Of a stretch of 64,000 nt of DNA, positions 1 to 11,907 are shown in pieces. Position numbers and translations under genes: made by a program. Position 1 is the first letter of the stretch, and each line of letters begins with the position of its first letter. The notes under the pieces were generated by a model, which saw nothing but the letters and a program-made list of their open reading frames with translations, was not told where the DNA came from and made no database searches. Source of the stretch: Zancudomyces culisetae HAW-14-8 (Eukaryota; Fungi; Kickxellomycota); the NCBI GenBank assembly GCA_052426225.1, contig JBNJNM010000021.1, positions 248,001 through 312,000 of the forward strand, read 5' to 3'.

Positions 1-1
1 T

Positions 2-1234
2 ATGGTGGGACAACTCTATGAAGTGAATGAAGAGAGCTCTGAGGATGGAGGAGAGAAATATAGATTGCGAAAACGCAACAAAGGGCAGCTCAACTCAATG
101 AAAGTAGGTGAAAATAACCAGGAAAGCAGTGGTAGCGACTATAGCGATAAGCACAACAGTAGTAGCAGCGAAAATGGCGAAAATGACAGCGGTAGTGATG
201 GTGATGGTGATAGTGATAGTGGCGATAATAGCAATGGGATAATGGGATATTTGTATAGCCCAAACTCCATGAAGAAGTTTATAGTGAGCGAGGACGAGTC
301 GGTGTCTGAGGATGATACACTTTATTATGAAAGAGTTGACAATACCAAACGACTCAAGAACAGTACAGATAAACCAATAGACATAGAGGCCGAAATGCGG
401 AAATTAAGGCGAGAGGATTTCAAAACATCATTCAACACATATGTGCAGTATTTAGTACATTGTCTCATCAATTACAAGTCGATGGAGGCGTATGACGAGG
501 ATACTAGGCAGTATTTTGATCAAGCAAGGTCAGTTGTGAACAAACAACTATCAACAATCCGAGACAGTTTGGTGGCGAGTGCGGCTTGGATTCCTCGGTT
601 TCTGGATGATATGCAAACAAAAAAAGTATACTATGCCGAAAAAATCGGACATATACAGGATGCTGCATGTGAAGTTTGCAAGTTGGGCGGCCATCGTAGA
701 GCATCATATCTTGTGTATTTGGTTGGTGAGATAGAAAAGCTGCCGTTTGTGGATACCACTCCCAATCCTATTTTTGCTAAAAAGAAACGAACTGATCCTC
801 CATTTCTAAGATACAGGGCCTTGACACTTCCTTTTCGAAAGATTATGGAGCTAAAATTGTATCAAAACCGGGATAAGGAGGCTTTTCTAAAAGAATATGA
901 TCTTGTAGATTTCAACCCAAACAAACCTCTCGTTTGCCACGATCTTGGCGTTCCTGGAGCTTGTTATAAAGCTGGTAGATTTTGCCAGTCGCGAAGCGAG
1001 TTTTATCATTGGTTATACCACTACCCTTCCTACTTGTATAACCGAATTTTGCTTCAGTTTACTGAAAACGAAATCGATACTAGCATTGTGAACGACCCGA
1101 ATGATCCTGCATCAAAGGATCCTGTCAAGTACACTGAAGAATTGGTGGCTATGCTTGAAGAGTGCGGCTTTATTGAATTGTTGTACGAAGAACTTGTTCA
1201 AACCTTTCAGAGTGCTCGTGATATGTTTACTTGA
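2..1234 (+). CDS. DUF4211 / CCDC82-like protein (5' end possibly upstream of the window)
   Basis: 410-aa ORF: acidic N-terminus, then F..YVQYL, 'DSLVASAAW...F', CxxC (CEVCKL) and 'GRFC..R...YH.L.HY', typical of DUF4211. Confidence 0.7.
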   Translation: MVGQLYEVNEESSEDGGEKYRLRKRNKGQLNSMKVGENNQESSGSDYSDKHNSSSSENGENDSGSDGDGDSDSGDNSNGIMGYLYSPNSMKKFIVSEDESVSEDDTLYYERVDNTKRLKNSTDKPIDIEAEMRKLRREDFKTSFNTYVQYLVHCLINYKSMEAYDEDTRQYFDQARSVVNKQLSTIRDSLVASAAWIPRFLDDMQTKKVYYAEKIGHIQDAACEVCKLGGHRRASYLVYLVGEIEKLPFVDTTPNPIFAKKKRTDPPFLRYRALTLPFRKIMELKLYQNRDKEAFLKEYDLVDFNPNKPLVCHDLGVPGACYKAGRFCQSRSEFYHWLYHYPSYLYNRILLQFTENEIDTSIVNDPNDPASKDPVKYTEELVAMLEECGFIELLYEELVQTFQSARDMFT

Positions 1235-1629
1235 TATATTTTTATTGTTTGGATCTAGAATTGAGTTATGTTTGTGTGTGCGTGGTGTTTCTTAGCATTG
1301 TATTATTTTTTATACACCTCTTACAAATTGGCAACAAAAATAAAATTCTTTAATATATGACAGAATTGAATGGTTTAATAGTAGATTGGGCAAGTAGAAT
1401 ACCCGGGTATTCGTTTACTCTAAAAAATAATTGCTTTTTTTAGAATAAAAAAATACATGAATTCTTTTTTTGAATCATTTTAAACTCCAACTCATATTGT
1501 AGATAACTATTTCCTGAGTCTCAAAAACAAAAAACGAGGTTAGTTTCAGCATAGCATCTGGGCAAGGTGGAAAACCGTTAACAGTACGCAACTGGTCATA
1601 AAGATTAAGTATATTTTTGTAATTTCAAA

Positions 1630-3069
1630 ATGAGACAAAACGAAAATTTGGTTTTGGTAATTTGACATTTTTGCTTAATTAAATCAGATTGATTATATAT
1701 ATATGGTATCCTTTGCACCTCAAATAATCGTTGTTTCGTGTTTGTATTTTGAACGTTTTTTAATAAAAAGATATGCTTTAATATTCTTGCATGTTAAAGG
1801 TCGCGGATAAGATTCTTTTGGTACCTTATCTAAGGATCCATGTGGAGAAATATAATTTATGGATGAAATCGCCAGAGCTTTTGGGTAATTTTTGAACATA
1901 TTCACTGGAAATACCACTATTTTTCCCCTAAATAAGTCGCACTTACAGTCGGAAAAAAACGAAATACCTCTCTTTAGAACTTACGGATTCTGAGCCCTTG
2001 ACGCTGGCTGAGGAATATGAAATGCAAGTCTCTTGGAGAGAAGATCCAAAAAGTAAGATGTAATTACATGTTTACGACTATGTTTATACGCTGTTTTGTT
2101 CATTATTACCGCTATACAACCCATTAATTAAAGTCTCTTCTCTAATTCAACGTATTACTTGTCAAGCGTGGGTGTTTATTATATATCTTCTAACTATTTC
2201 TCAGTTGATGTGATTTAAATAAATTTGTTTGGTAGAATGCACCTTTATAATTTTTCAAAACACACCCGATTTATACAACAAGCTAAAAGGCAGCTCCACT
2301 GACAAGGTGATTGGCATTGTCGGCAATACTGGTATGTACCATAACTTTTCAATCTATCGGATATTCTATCCACAGCTGAGTATGTATATATGAACATTTG
2401 GGCATAAAATATCTCTTATAGAGAAGATAAATGCTAACTGTCTTTCTATATTTGTAGATTTGATGATAGGGGATGTAAATCTGTATTTAAATGACTATTA
2501 TGACGAATCACGAGCAGAAATTGAAGTCATGATAGCTGGTAACATGTCTAGACAACCCCACCTCACCATTATGTTTGACCTTTTATAACACACAACTAAT
2601 TATTTTGTATTTAAACGTGCTTTGTGAATTAGAACAAAGTGGGAGAGGAAAAGGTGCTGCCAGACAGGCATTGCAACTCATGATGCATTATGGTAAGAAC
2701 TAACATCACTCTAAGCAGAATATTGTTGCTGTACTTTCTATAAACCGAACTGCATGAATAATAAAACGCAGTAGCAAACAACACAGCGTGTAAAATCACA
2801 GTTCTAACTCATCATTTCTTTTATGTACTAAATCCCCTTCTATCTTGCATTTTCGATTAGCGATAAACAATCTCAACATTTCGTGCTTTTACTGCCGAAT
2901 TCTGGCCAAGAACAGTGCCAGTATGTCGTTATTCAAGTCGCTGAACTTTACTCAAACTGAATACTCTGAATACTTTGATCAGTATACCTTCGAGTTAGCA
3001 GTTGGTGATGAGCTCAAAAGCTCGCTAAACACGCAATTTCTTGATACTTTGATATCACTGAAAATTTAG
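1630..3069 (+). CDS. NAT9: N-acetyltransferase 9-like GNAT protein, 7 exons (1630-1656, 1800-1884, 1978-2052, 2236-2331, 2458-2538, 2633-2692, 2861-3069)
   Basis: Manual GT-AG splicing gives MRQNENLVLVADKILLVPYLRIHVEKYNLWMKSPELLELTDSEPLTLAEEYEMQVSWREDPKKCTFII...MIGDVNLY...EIEVMIAEQSGRGKGAA, matching NAT9 signature motifs. Confidence 0.9.
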
Positions 3070-3299
3070 AATACACTATTATAACTCTACTTTTTTATTA
3101 TTTTTACATCTACCTGCCTCTTCCCCCCTTCTCTACCTTATCCAGCAAAACTTCTCCACTTGTTAGAATCGTTGGTATCATGTTTTAGTGTATATAGTTA
3201 GTTCGTAAGAACATTTTTTTTTCTTGAAAAAACTAAGGATGTAATAACTATTTTTAATATGGATGATCTTACAATACTAAAAATACAATATTCAGCTGA

Positions 3300-4105
3300 T
3301 TATAGCTCATAACTTCTGAATTTTTTATACAACTCATCACTCGACATCCCACTATAATCTTCAAAACGGCTGTTGTTTGTTTGATTATCGCTGGTATTAG
3401 ATGTCACTGGCGTGTTTACCACACATTTAGGCTCTAGAACACCCTCAATTGTTGGTATAGGCTTCGCTGATGGGATCCAGTGGATACTCTAACAGAAAAT
3501 ATTAGGATACCTTGAATACCTTGTACAAAAGTTACTCCCAAGTGAAAATCCACCACAAACTTTTCAAAAATTGGATATTATCTTAAATGTAATTATCAAG
3601 GTCAATTACCTGAGAGCCTGTCTTGTTTATCCATTGTAGGTAGGGGATCTGAATACCCGAGTTTAGCCAACAATCATACAACTTTCTATTTTCTTCATTC
3701 CCGAGAATTTTATAAGCTTCATTCAGCTTTATGAATTCAATGTCAGAATCTGTACTCCTCTCGCATGCATTTTCCTTGCAGAAATTTTCCGTGTTACTTT
3801 GAACTTTTCTGTCAGGATGGGATTGCAGCAATCTTTTTTTATATTCGGTTTGAATCTGTTCGTGCTTGAATTAATTGATATTTGATTATGGTAAATTTAT
3901 TATTTTGTTATTAGTTTTATTTTTACATTCTTAAAAGAACCAAAAAAAGCTGAGCAGATGGGTAAGGTATAATATTCTGCTAGAACCCGAGAGAACTGGG
4001 TTCGCTGAAAAATAGGGTAAAGATTTGCAAGCTTACTGTTGATTCTGGAAAGCAACCCAATATTGAATATAGATCGTCCGTATAGTGCTTTCCATATTCA
4101 TCCAT
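3300..4105 (-). CDS. DNAJC12/JDP1-like J-domain co-chaperone, 3 exons (4105-4037, 3864-3610, 3488-3300), ~170 aa
   Basis: Spliced product: DLYSILGC...EQIQTEYKKRLLQSHPDRK...LNEAYKIL...RKLYDCWLNSGIQIPYLQW...SIHW...ELYKKFRSYEL*. HPD motif intact; C-terminus resembles DNAJC12 KFRNYEI. Confidence 0.8.
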
Positions 4106-5539
4106 CAAGTTATATACATTGCTCATTTTTACAAGCTTCTTTTTCTGTTTCCTGATTTAGCACTTGTAGAATTAATCTAGCTTCAAACATTTAAAAGGTG
4201 CATAAAAAAAATGTTTGGAACTATTTACCTAAAGAGTTTAGAAAATTGGCGCAGTTTTGTTTGTGGTTATTTTATAGTTACGCGATTTGGTAGTCTATCT
4301 TTTTTTTTAGTTACAAAAACCCGCATATTTTAATCGCAAATCTCGCGCACAAACCAGCCAATACTGAATAAATATAACCTGTTAAGGGGAGTTTTAGAAA
4401 TGGTTGAAAAATAAGACGCAATATCCCTGAATCATCAACATAAATTTGCAGAACGTATACGAGAATGTTGAAAAAAAAAGCAAAGACGAGCTCCACAAGA
4501 GAAAGTTTGAAGAGAGAGGAAAAGAGGGGAGCGAGAATGAGAGGGGTTGGTTACAACCCACGTTGAAATATTCCTAAAGGGTATTTTTTAAAATTGACAT
4601 AAAAATTAAAGGAAGGCTGCCTTCTTTTAACTACTAGGTTATGTGAATTATTAGTTCGATTAGACTAGGATTTTTCTTGTCATTGTATACTCAATCTTTC
4701 CGTGCCATTTCTTTAATAAAAAAAATGTATGGATAAAAGATCGGACTGCGAATTCATACAATATCAAATACATTCATATACAACCGTGGTCATTTTCTTT
4801 TGATAAGGTGTGTTGGGGGGGGGGGGAGGAGGAGGAGATAACTACATGAATATATACATATATACAAATATATTTATAAAAGTGTCCAGGTGTATCATCA
4901 TTTAGATCTACTACAAAACTAGAATGATCGAGAACACATTTGCCCGTTCCAAGAGCGAAATAAAGGCATTATTTAGCAATTTTGCAAAGCTCAACGCACA
5001 CAATGCAACAACAGCTATACGATTTTCCAGAGTTGGAATAGTGTTTATGGTTGGGTGTATTTCTTGCAAGCACCACTAAATCGTTAGACATTCTTCCAAA
5101 CTCCCGTAAAAGTATAAATGGTAGTATTCTGATTTGATTGTTGGAGTTGGATTTTACACATTTTTCAAAGTGGCATTTGATGGAAAGGTGAAAATAAAAA
5201 AATAATTTTGAACACGAACTTTTTGTTTTGCATTAATCTTATTCGTTTATCGAGCAATTCTCTGATATCTCAAAGTATTCATAACAATAATAAAAATTAA
5301 AGCAAATAAAATATATATAACAAAAATATATGAAATATAATCAGTCGAAATCAAAACGGAATTAATATGAAAAACAGCATTTAATTATAAATAAAATAGA
5401 GAAGATAGAATATTTTATGCTTGCAGAGACAACTAAAAACGATAATAGTAGAACGAATAGAATAAATGGTATAATCCAATCAAGAAATAAAATGATAAAC
5501 ACACTAATACAATAAATAAAAAACGAAATTAATCGGAAA

Positions 5540-8500
5540 ATGGACGAGAACGTGGAAAAATTTTCGGATGATTCACTGGAAGAATTATTTGCAGGAATGA
5601 GCAATAATTTAGTGGAGGGCGAAGAGGAAATGGAAGATGTAGAAAAAAATGATGAGCACGAAGGAGCCAATAGAGAGGGGGGAGAGAGAAATGGGATGGA
5701 TGATGATAAAGAGGAGGAAATAGATGAGTTTGAGGATGTAGCGGAGGATGGAAGCAGTACAGATGAATTTGAAGATGTAGAAATGGATTTGGGAGATTAT
5801 TTACAAGAATCGCTTAACAATGAAATGGTAGATTTAGAAACCACGACACAAAGTGACTTTGAAAGGGGAGAGAGGGGTGAACTGAAAGGCGAAAGCAGAC
5901 TTGATGGGATTTTTGAAAGGCAAGAAGTGGGGAGAGTTAAGGAGAAAGCAGCGGAGCAGGTGGAAGCAGAGGAGAAAAGGCGAGAGATCGAGTTGCAGAA
6001 AAAGAAGGAATTGGAGGTACTGAAAAGCGAGATGAAGATAGGGGGGTTGAGTGTAGCGGAATTGGAAAGCAAAGGAGAAGATGTTGAAAAAATAAAAAGG
6101 AGCATCGCGTGGCTACGTGAATATAGAGAGAGAAAACGAAGAAGAAAATATGGAACAAAAGATGTATTAGAAAAATACAAGGGGGAAGTGCCGTCGCTGA
6201 AGCTCGATTTATTTGAGACGCATTTCAAATTTGCGAACCAAGAAGGAGTATTTGCGTACAACGAGAGCAATCGATTTTTTTTTGAGAGTATGAACGATGG
6301 CAGAATACCGGTAGAGTTGGTGGATTTATTCATGGAGGAAGGGATAAGAAAATACGATGGGAATCTGATTGTAGAGGTTCACGAGCATCGAAATATAGAA
6401 AAGACAAGACGAGAGGAGAAAATACGCGCAAAGTGGCAGTGGGATGAAAGTAAAGAGGAGTGGGAGGGAAGTGCACCAATGGAGAGAAAAGAGGAGGAGG
6501 AAAAGGAGAGAATCAGGCAGAAAAGGCTGGCGAAGTGGCGGGAGGACAAATTTATGAATAACAGGGGAGTGGTAACAACAAGGGAGTATGTAGAAAGGCG
6601 GATAGAACAAGGTGCAAAGGGGGAGCGGGGGACAATGGTTGGGAGTATGGATCAAAAGGCATACACTAAGAAAAAGAAAAAGAAAAGTAGAGTGAATGAA
6701 AATATGACTGTGGAGGGCGAAGAAGGTGGCAAGATGGACTGTACTGATGGCGAAAAAGGCGAGAACGAAGAGATGGAGGAGGAGGGGTGTGAGGGTGATG
6801 AAAAAGATGCTGAAAAGAAAGGCGAGGAAGAGGATGAAGAAGACGATGATGATGAAGGAGAGGGCGAAAAGGAAAAGACAGTAGTTTATAGAAAAGTTCT
6901 GCAGCCGACAAACGAGACAATGTATTATGATATTCAGATTATGGGACAGCGGAATGAGTTGAATGTAGATGAAATGATGGAGTTGGAGGCAAAGATAATG
7001 TTGGCGCAGCAACCACAGTTGAATTTGGCGACAGATATGAAAGATTTTTTGAGTAACAATGTCCAGGAGTATCTAAATAATGAGCATTTTATTCCACGAA
7101 AACGACGGAAATATAACCAGTATGAGTACGATGTCCGAGAGGTGATGGAGAGAGAAAAGAAAGCAGCACAAAGCATAAAGCAAAAGAATGTTGTGGAGTT
7201 CCAGCCAAGTTTCAGCCGCCTTGGAGTTGTGGCAGAGTATTACCGACGAATGGAGATGGAAAAATCAAGGGCGTTCAAGATGGATATCGACTTACCAGAG
7301 TTAGAAGAGAGTAAGAAAGCAGGGTCGGCTGCAGGTACGGAGACGCCAATACCAGCAGCAACAGCAACAGCAACAGCAACATCAACATCAACAACAACAT
7401 CAACAGCAACAGCAGCGGTAGTGGTAAACGGTACACCAGTGCCGGGAGGGAAAAAGTCAAAGAAAGGGGCCAAGCAATCGGGCAGTACGAAGATGGCGCC
7501 GACTTTGTCCTCTTCAGCAACAAATATGGTAGCTGCAGGATTGGTATCTCAGCAACCTTTGAGAGTAATTCGGTTTGTGAGGGAGGAAAATAGCAGCCTT
7601 GAAAAGCTGAATACACAAAGCCACTCAATAATGCTTATTTATGGACCACAACAACATCAGCCAGGCGAGTCAAAAGGATATCGAATAATGCTTAGGCACG
7701 GAGGTAAGACGGTAGAAAGCAATTTGGTGGAGGGCGATACTCAGGAATTTGAGTTGGACAACGAGATTGTAACCAACGAGTATGTCAGTAGTTTTATAGA
7801 GTTTTATAGGTTAGAAGGAAACAAAGTAGTTAGCGATACATTGCCAGACGGAATCAAGGCCACAGGTAAAGAAAAGGGTCTGACAGCGTCTGCGGCAGCC
7901 GACAGGAGCGATGAGAACGAAATCGCACTAGAGTCTTCGTTGTCGCCTCCACTGTCTGCGTCTATGAAGACCAGCCTCAGCAATGAGCCTATTATTTCTA
8001 CGACAAACAACAGCCAACCGACTCTCTTGTCATTGATGAAAAAATTCACACCAACTACCCCTACTCCTAATACACCAAAGGCTACTCCACTTTCTGTTTC
8101 CACTGCCACTTCCACTTCCACCACTACAACTACAACTACTGCTACTGCCACTGCCACTGCCACTGCCACTGCCATCGCCACTAGTATTACTTCCAATACT
8201 TCCACAAACGCTAATACTACCACTGCTGCAGTAACAACAGGTTCTAATGTTCCTGTTTTGTCAGAGCAAACATCACGCGATAAAAAGGTAGACGTGCAGC
8301 CAGGTGTCGTTGATCAAAAACAAAAGGGATCGGCAAAGGCTACAAAGTCGGCCAAACGGCAAAAGGCTAAACAAGGTAGCATTCCTGCGGAAAAGCAGGA
8401 TGTGCCGGTTGAAGTTGAAGGCAAACACAAAACAAAGGGAGGACAAAGTACTAAGGCGGGTACCGTACAGAAAAGTGTTGGTGTTGATACTGTTGATACT

Positions 8501-8909
8501 GTTGGTGCTGTTGGTGCTGTTGGTGGATATGGAGGTTTTGGTGGAGGAGGTAAAGAAAATACGGCAAGTAGCAGCAATATAGGTAGTATCAGGGATTCAG
8601 AATCTCCACAAGTATCGCTTGCGTCGCTGTTTACCTCTTCAACAAACATAAACACTCTTGAAACTATTGCAACCAAAAAGCAGCAAAAGAATCTTGAAGC
8701 GACTCAAGATGGAAAAGAATCTAAAAAGAATGAAACCTCCAAGAATAATACCAAAACCAAAACAAAAAAGAATACAAAGTTGGCAAAAGCCACGTCTGTT
8801 ACTACTACTCCTACGAATGTTGGTGCTGGTGATACGCCAACTGTAACAGAAATGGTGGCAGCTGGTGGTAAAGATGGCGGTAGCAACAGTTTAGCCAAAC
8901 CAAAACTAG

Positions 8910-8941
<32 letters not shown>

Positions 8942-11122
8942 GAACAAGAACAACAAGAACAACAGCAAACACCTACAGCTGCTGCAGGTTCAGGAAATAC
9001 CGGAGGTGAAGGAGATAGTGTTGGTGTTGGCGTTGGCGTTGGTGAGAGTAGGCCTCAGATAATGGAGTATATAGTAAATTTGAATGTGGAGCAGCTGGAT
9101 TTCAGCCAACTACTGGTCGCATTTATTCGGCTACATAATCTTAACATTCAAACCTTGTCTGAGCAACAAAAGACTACATTAATTCAATTAGCCAAATCCG
9201 GTTCGCTGAAACAAATAGTCGAGAAACGAAGACAGCATATTATTAATACATATGGCAATACTGGAAATACCAGTGGTGGCAATAACCACGATGATTCCAA
9301 CGTAAACAGTGCCAATATCCTTGGTGAAAAGGATAATGGTGATGCTTTGCAAAGCTCTAAACCCTCTATTTCTGAAAATAATCCTCTAAAATTAGATAAT
9401 GTTTCTACAACAACAACATCAATAACTAATAATAATAATAATAATAATAGAGTTGGTAATAAAAATGCACCAACAAATACCAACTCTAAAGAATCTGTTG
9501 GTACTACTGCCGCATCAAAGCAAAATATTTCTACACCTATATCTACATCTACATCTACATCTAAACCCAAACCCAAATCCAAGTCCAAACCCACATCCAC
9601 ATCCACATCCACACCTATGCCTACATCTGCAACAGCAACTACGGCTGCTCCCGTACCAGCATCCACCCCTACTCCCATTTCTGTTCCTACTCCCGTTTCC
9701 AACCCTAACCCTAACCTCAATCCCACTCCTACCTTTGCTTCTGCTTCCGCTTCTACTTCTGCTTCTGCCTCTATTCCCAAACCAACTCATACTCCTGTTC
9801 TTGTCCCCACTCCTGTTTCTACATCCACCTCTGTTCCCATTCCAAACCCTAACACGAGTGCTGAGCACAATACTGCTGCTGGTAGTTCAACCATCAATTT
9901 GAACAATCTTCCAGCCGACAAGCTGTTGCAAATAGCCAAGTTGGCCTATGAAAACAAGCTACCGCCCGCCATAGCATCACAATTTGATCCAAAGGTGTTG
10001 AGCACCTTGATTGGCAAATACTTGCTATATATTAAGGCTCAACAACAACAACAACAACAACAGCAACAACAACAACAACAACAACAACAACAGCAACAGC
10101 AAGCCCAACAACAAGCTCAACAATTACAACAACAACAAGCTCAACAACAAGCTCAACAACAAGCTCAACAACAAGCTCAACAACAAGCTCAACAACAAGC
10201 TCAACAACAAGCTCAACAATTACAACAACAACAAGCCCAACTACAGCAGCATACCAGTCCTAATGCATTACCGCAGTCCATGACACCACAACAAAGAGCA
10301 GCTTTAACTTCAAATCAATTCCGGTCTCCAGTGCCCACAAACGCCAACCTCTCCATGTCAAACGCACCCAACCAACAATTCCAACAACAACTCCAACAAC
10401 AACAGCTATTGGCCGCTCTGCAGGCTAGAAACGCTCTGCAACAAAGTGCGGTCAATTCACCTTACTCAAAAAACATCAATGTTTCACTACAACAACAACA
10501 ACAACAACAACAAAAATCCATAAATTCTACCGCCACACCTCTGCTTAATCAAAAGAATCAACCAGGTGCCTCTACTCCTGCTTCTTCTGCTTTATTAGCT
10601 GCCAACTTTGCAAACCTAACAAAGCAACAGCAACTTCAACAGCTTCAGCATTTACAACAACTTCAACAATTCCAACAACTACAGCAGTTACAGCATCAAC
10701 AACAGCAACAACAACAACAACAACAACAAAAATCTGCCACTCCTTCTTTATCCTCTGTACTACCACCCAATGTTCCCATCGCACATCCACCAGTATCTGC
10801 TATTAAAAACCAGACCCCCTCTGGAACCACAGCCGGACACACAGCTACTGCCGGAACTATAACACCAACACTCTCATCTAACTCAACGGCCCCATCGATC
10901 CCCGCCACTGCAAACTTGCCTCCTGCTCTAATTGCTTATATTTTGAACGCGATAACTACAAATACACCTCTCCGGCTATCCCAACAAACCCTTTCTTCGT
11001 TAAACCCATTGCAGTTACAACATTTGCAACTGATTTTGAATTTAAATCCTCAACAACAGCAACAGAGACTAGTTACTCTATTACAGCAATATAATGCTCT
11101 CATCAACAGAACAAATCACTAG
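5540..11122 (+). CDS. SPT20: SAGA complex subunit Spt20-like, long low-complexity/polyQ C-terminus
   Basis: Spt20 domain: PSLKLDLFETHFKFANQEGVFAYN...GRIPVELVDLF...YDGNLIVEVHEHR...VLQPTNETMYYDI...ELEAKIMLA; 1860-aa single ORF. Confidence 0.85.
10040..10250 (+). repeat. Coding (CAA)n tract plus 12-bp GCTCAACAACAA repeats (polyQ / AQQQ)
   Basis: Directly visible tandem repeats inside SPT20. Confidence 0.9.
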
Positions 11123-11907
11123 ATTGTGCTATTTCAGCCGCCCGTCCTCTCTTTTTTTCTTTTGTCAAGAAAATTAGCTGATCAGCGCTCATCCCACCTT
11201 CCCCTTTTCTCACTCACTTACTCACTTTTTTTATTAGATAAAAAAGAGAAAAAAAATAATCTTGTATTTTCTACTTGAATTCATTAATTACTTTTATTTT
11301 ATTTTATTTTAGGTATATATATATTATTATTCAAACTATTTTCTTATATACTAAACCTTAAATCATATTTACATATATCAACATGACATTATTAGAATCC
11401 TCAGCTTTGCTCAAGTTTTGTTTCTTATAATTTCTCCAAGACAATTTGCTAGAATTTACTGAGTATTGGAAGAAATTAGGGCGTTTAAAAAAAATAGTCA
11501 CGAATTTAGTCGGGCTTAGCTAATTATTGATAACTCTTCTTCCTCTTCTTCTTCATCATCCCCTCAATATTTCCCTCTCATTCTCCCCTCTCCTTCCCTC
11601 CACCTCCGCGCAAATCTCTCAGAATTAAATCAAAAAGATTTCATAAAGTTGGCAGTTAACAAAAAAGCGTAACACTGCAAGTCTCAATTTTCTGCAGTTT
11701 TGTAATTTTTGTACCAGATCTTTATTACTACTTTTCTTATTCATATTCAAGCTTCTTATTCTTATAATCAGCCCATAGTTCGAAATAAAAGTAACCGGGA
11801 TATCCAGATTTTTAAACAAGTATTATTTTATTGTATATCATTTAAATAAATGGCGAGTGGGAAAGAAGAGTAGTTGTATTTACGAATTTGCAAAATTGAA
11901 ATAAACA

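Noticed and set aside
1706-1713. U12-type donor-like GTATCCTT
   Set aside because: Lies inside NAT9 intron 1, not at an exon boundary compatible with the protein
3583-3831. DPH4/Jjj3 call from 'VIDLDNY'
   Set aside because: That peptide is intron read-through; no CSL zinc finger follows, and the spliced tail is DNAJC12-like
4924-5079. 51-aa ORF MIENTFARSK..., vaguely like a transposase C-terminus
   Set aside because: Too short; no DDE core or terminal repeats
9699-9722. Telomere-like (AACCCT)n
   Set aside because: Only ~3 copies, encoding NPNPN inside SPT20
5362-10908. Many antisense and alternate-frame ORFs over SPT20 (likewise POL5 and the WD40 gene)
   Set aside because: Shadows of low-complexity, skewed coding sequence
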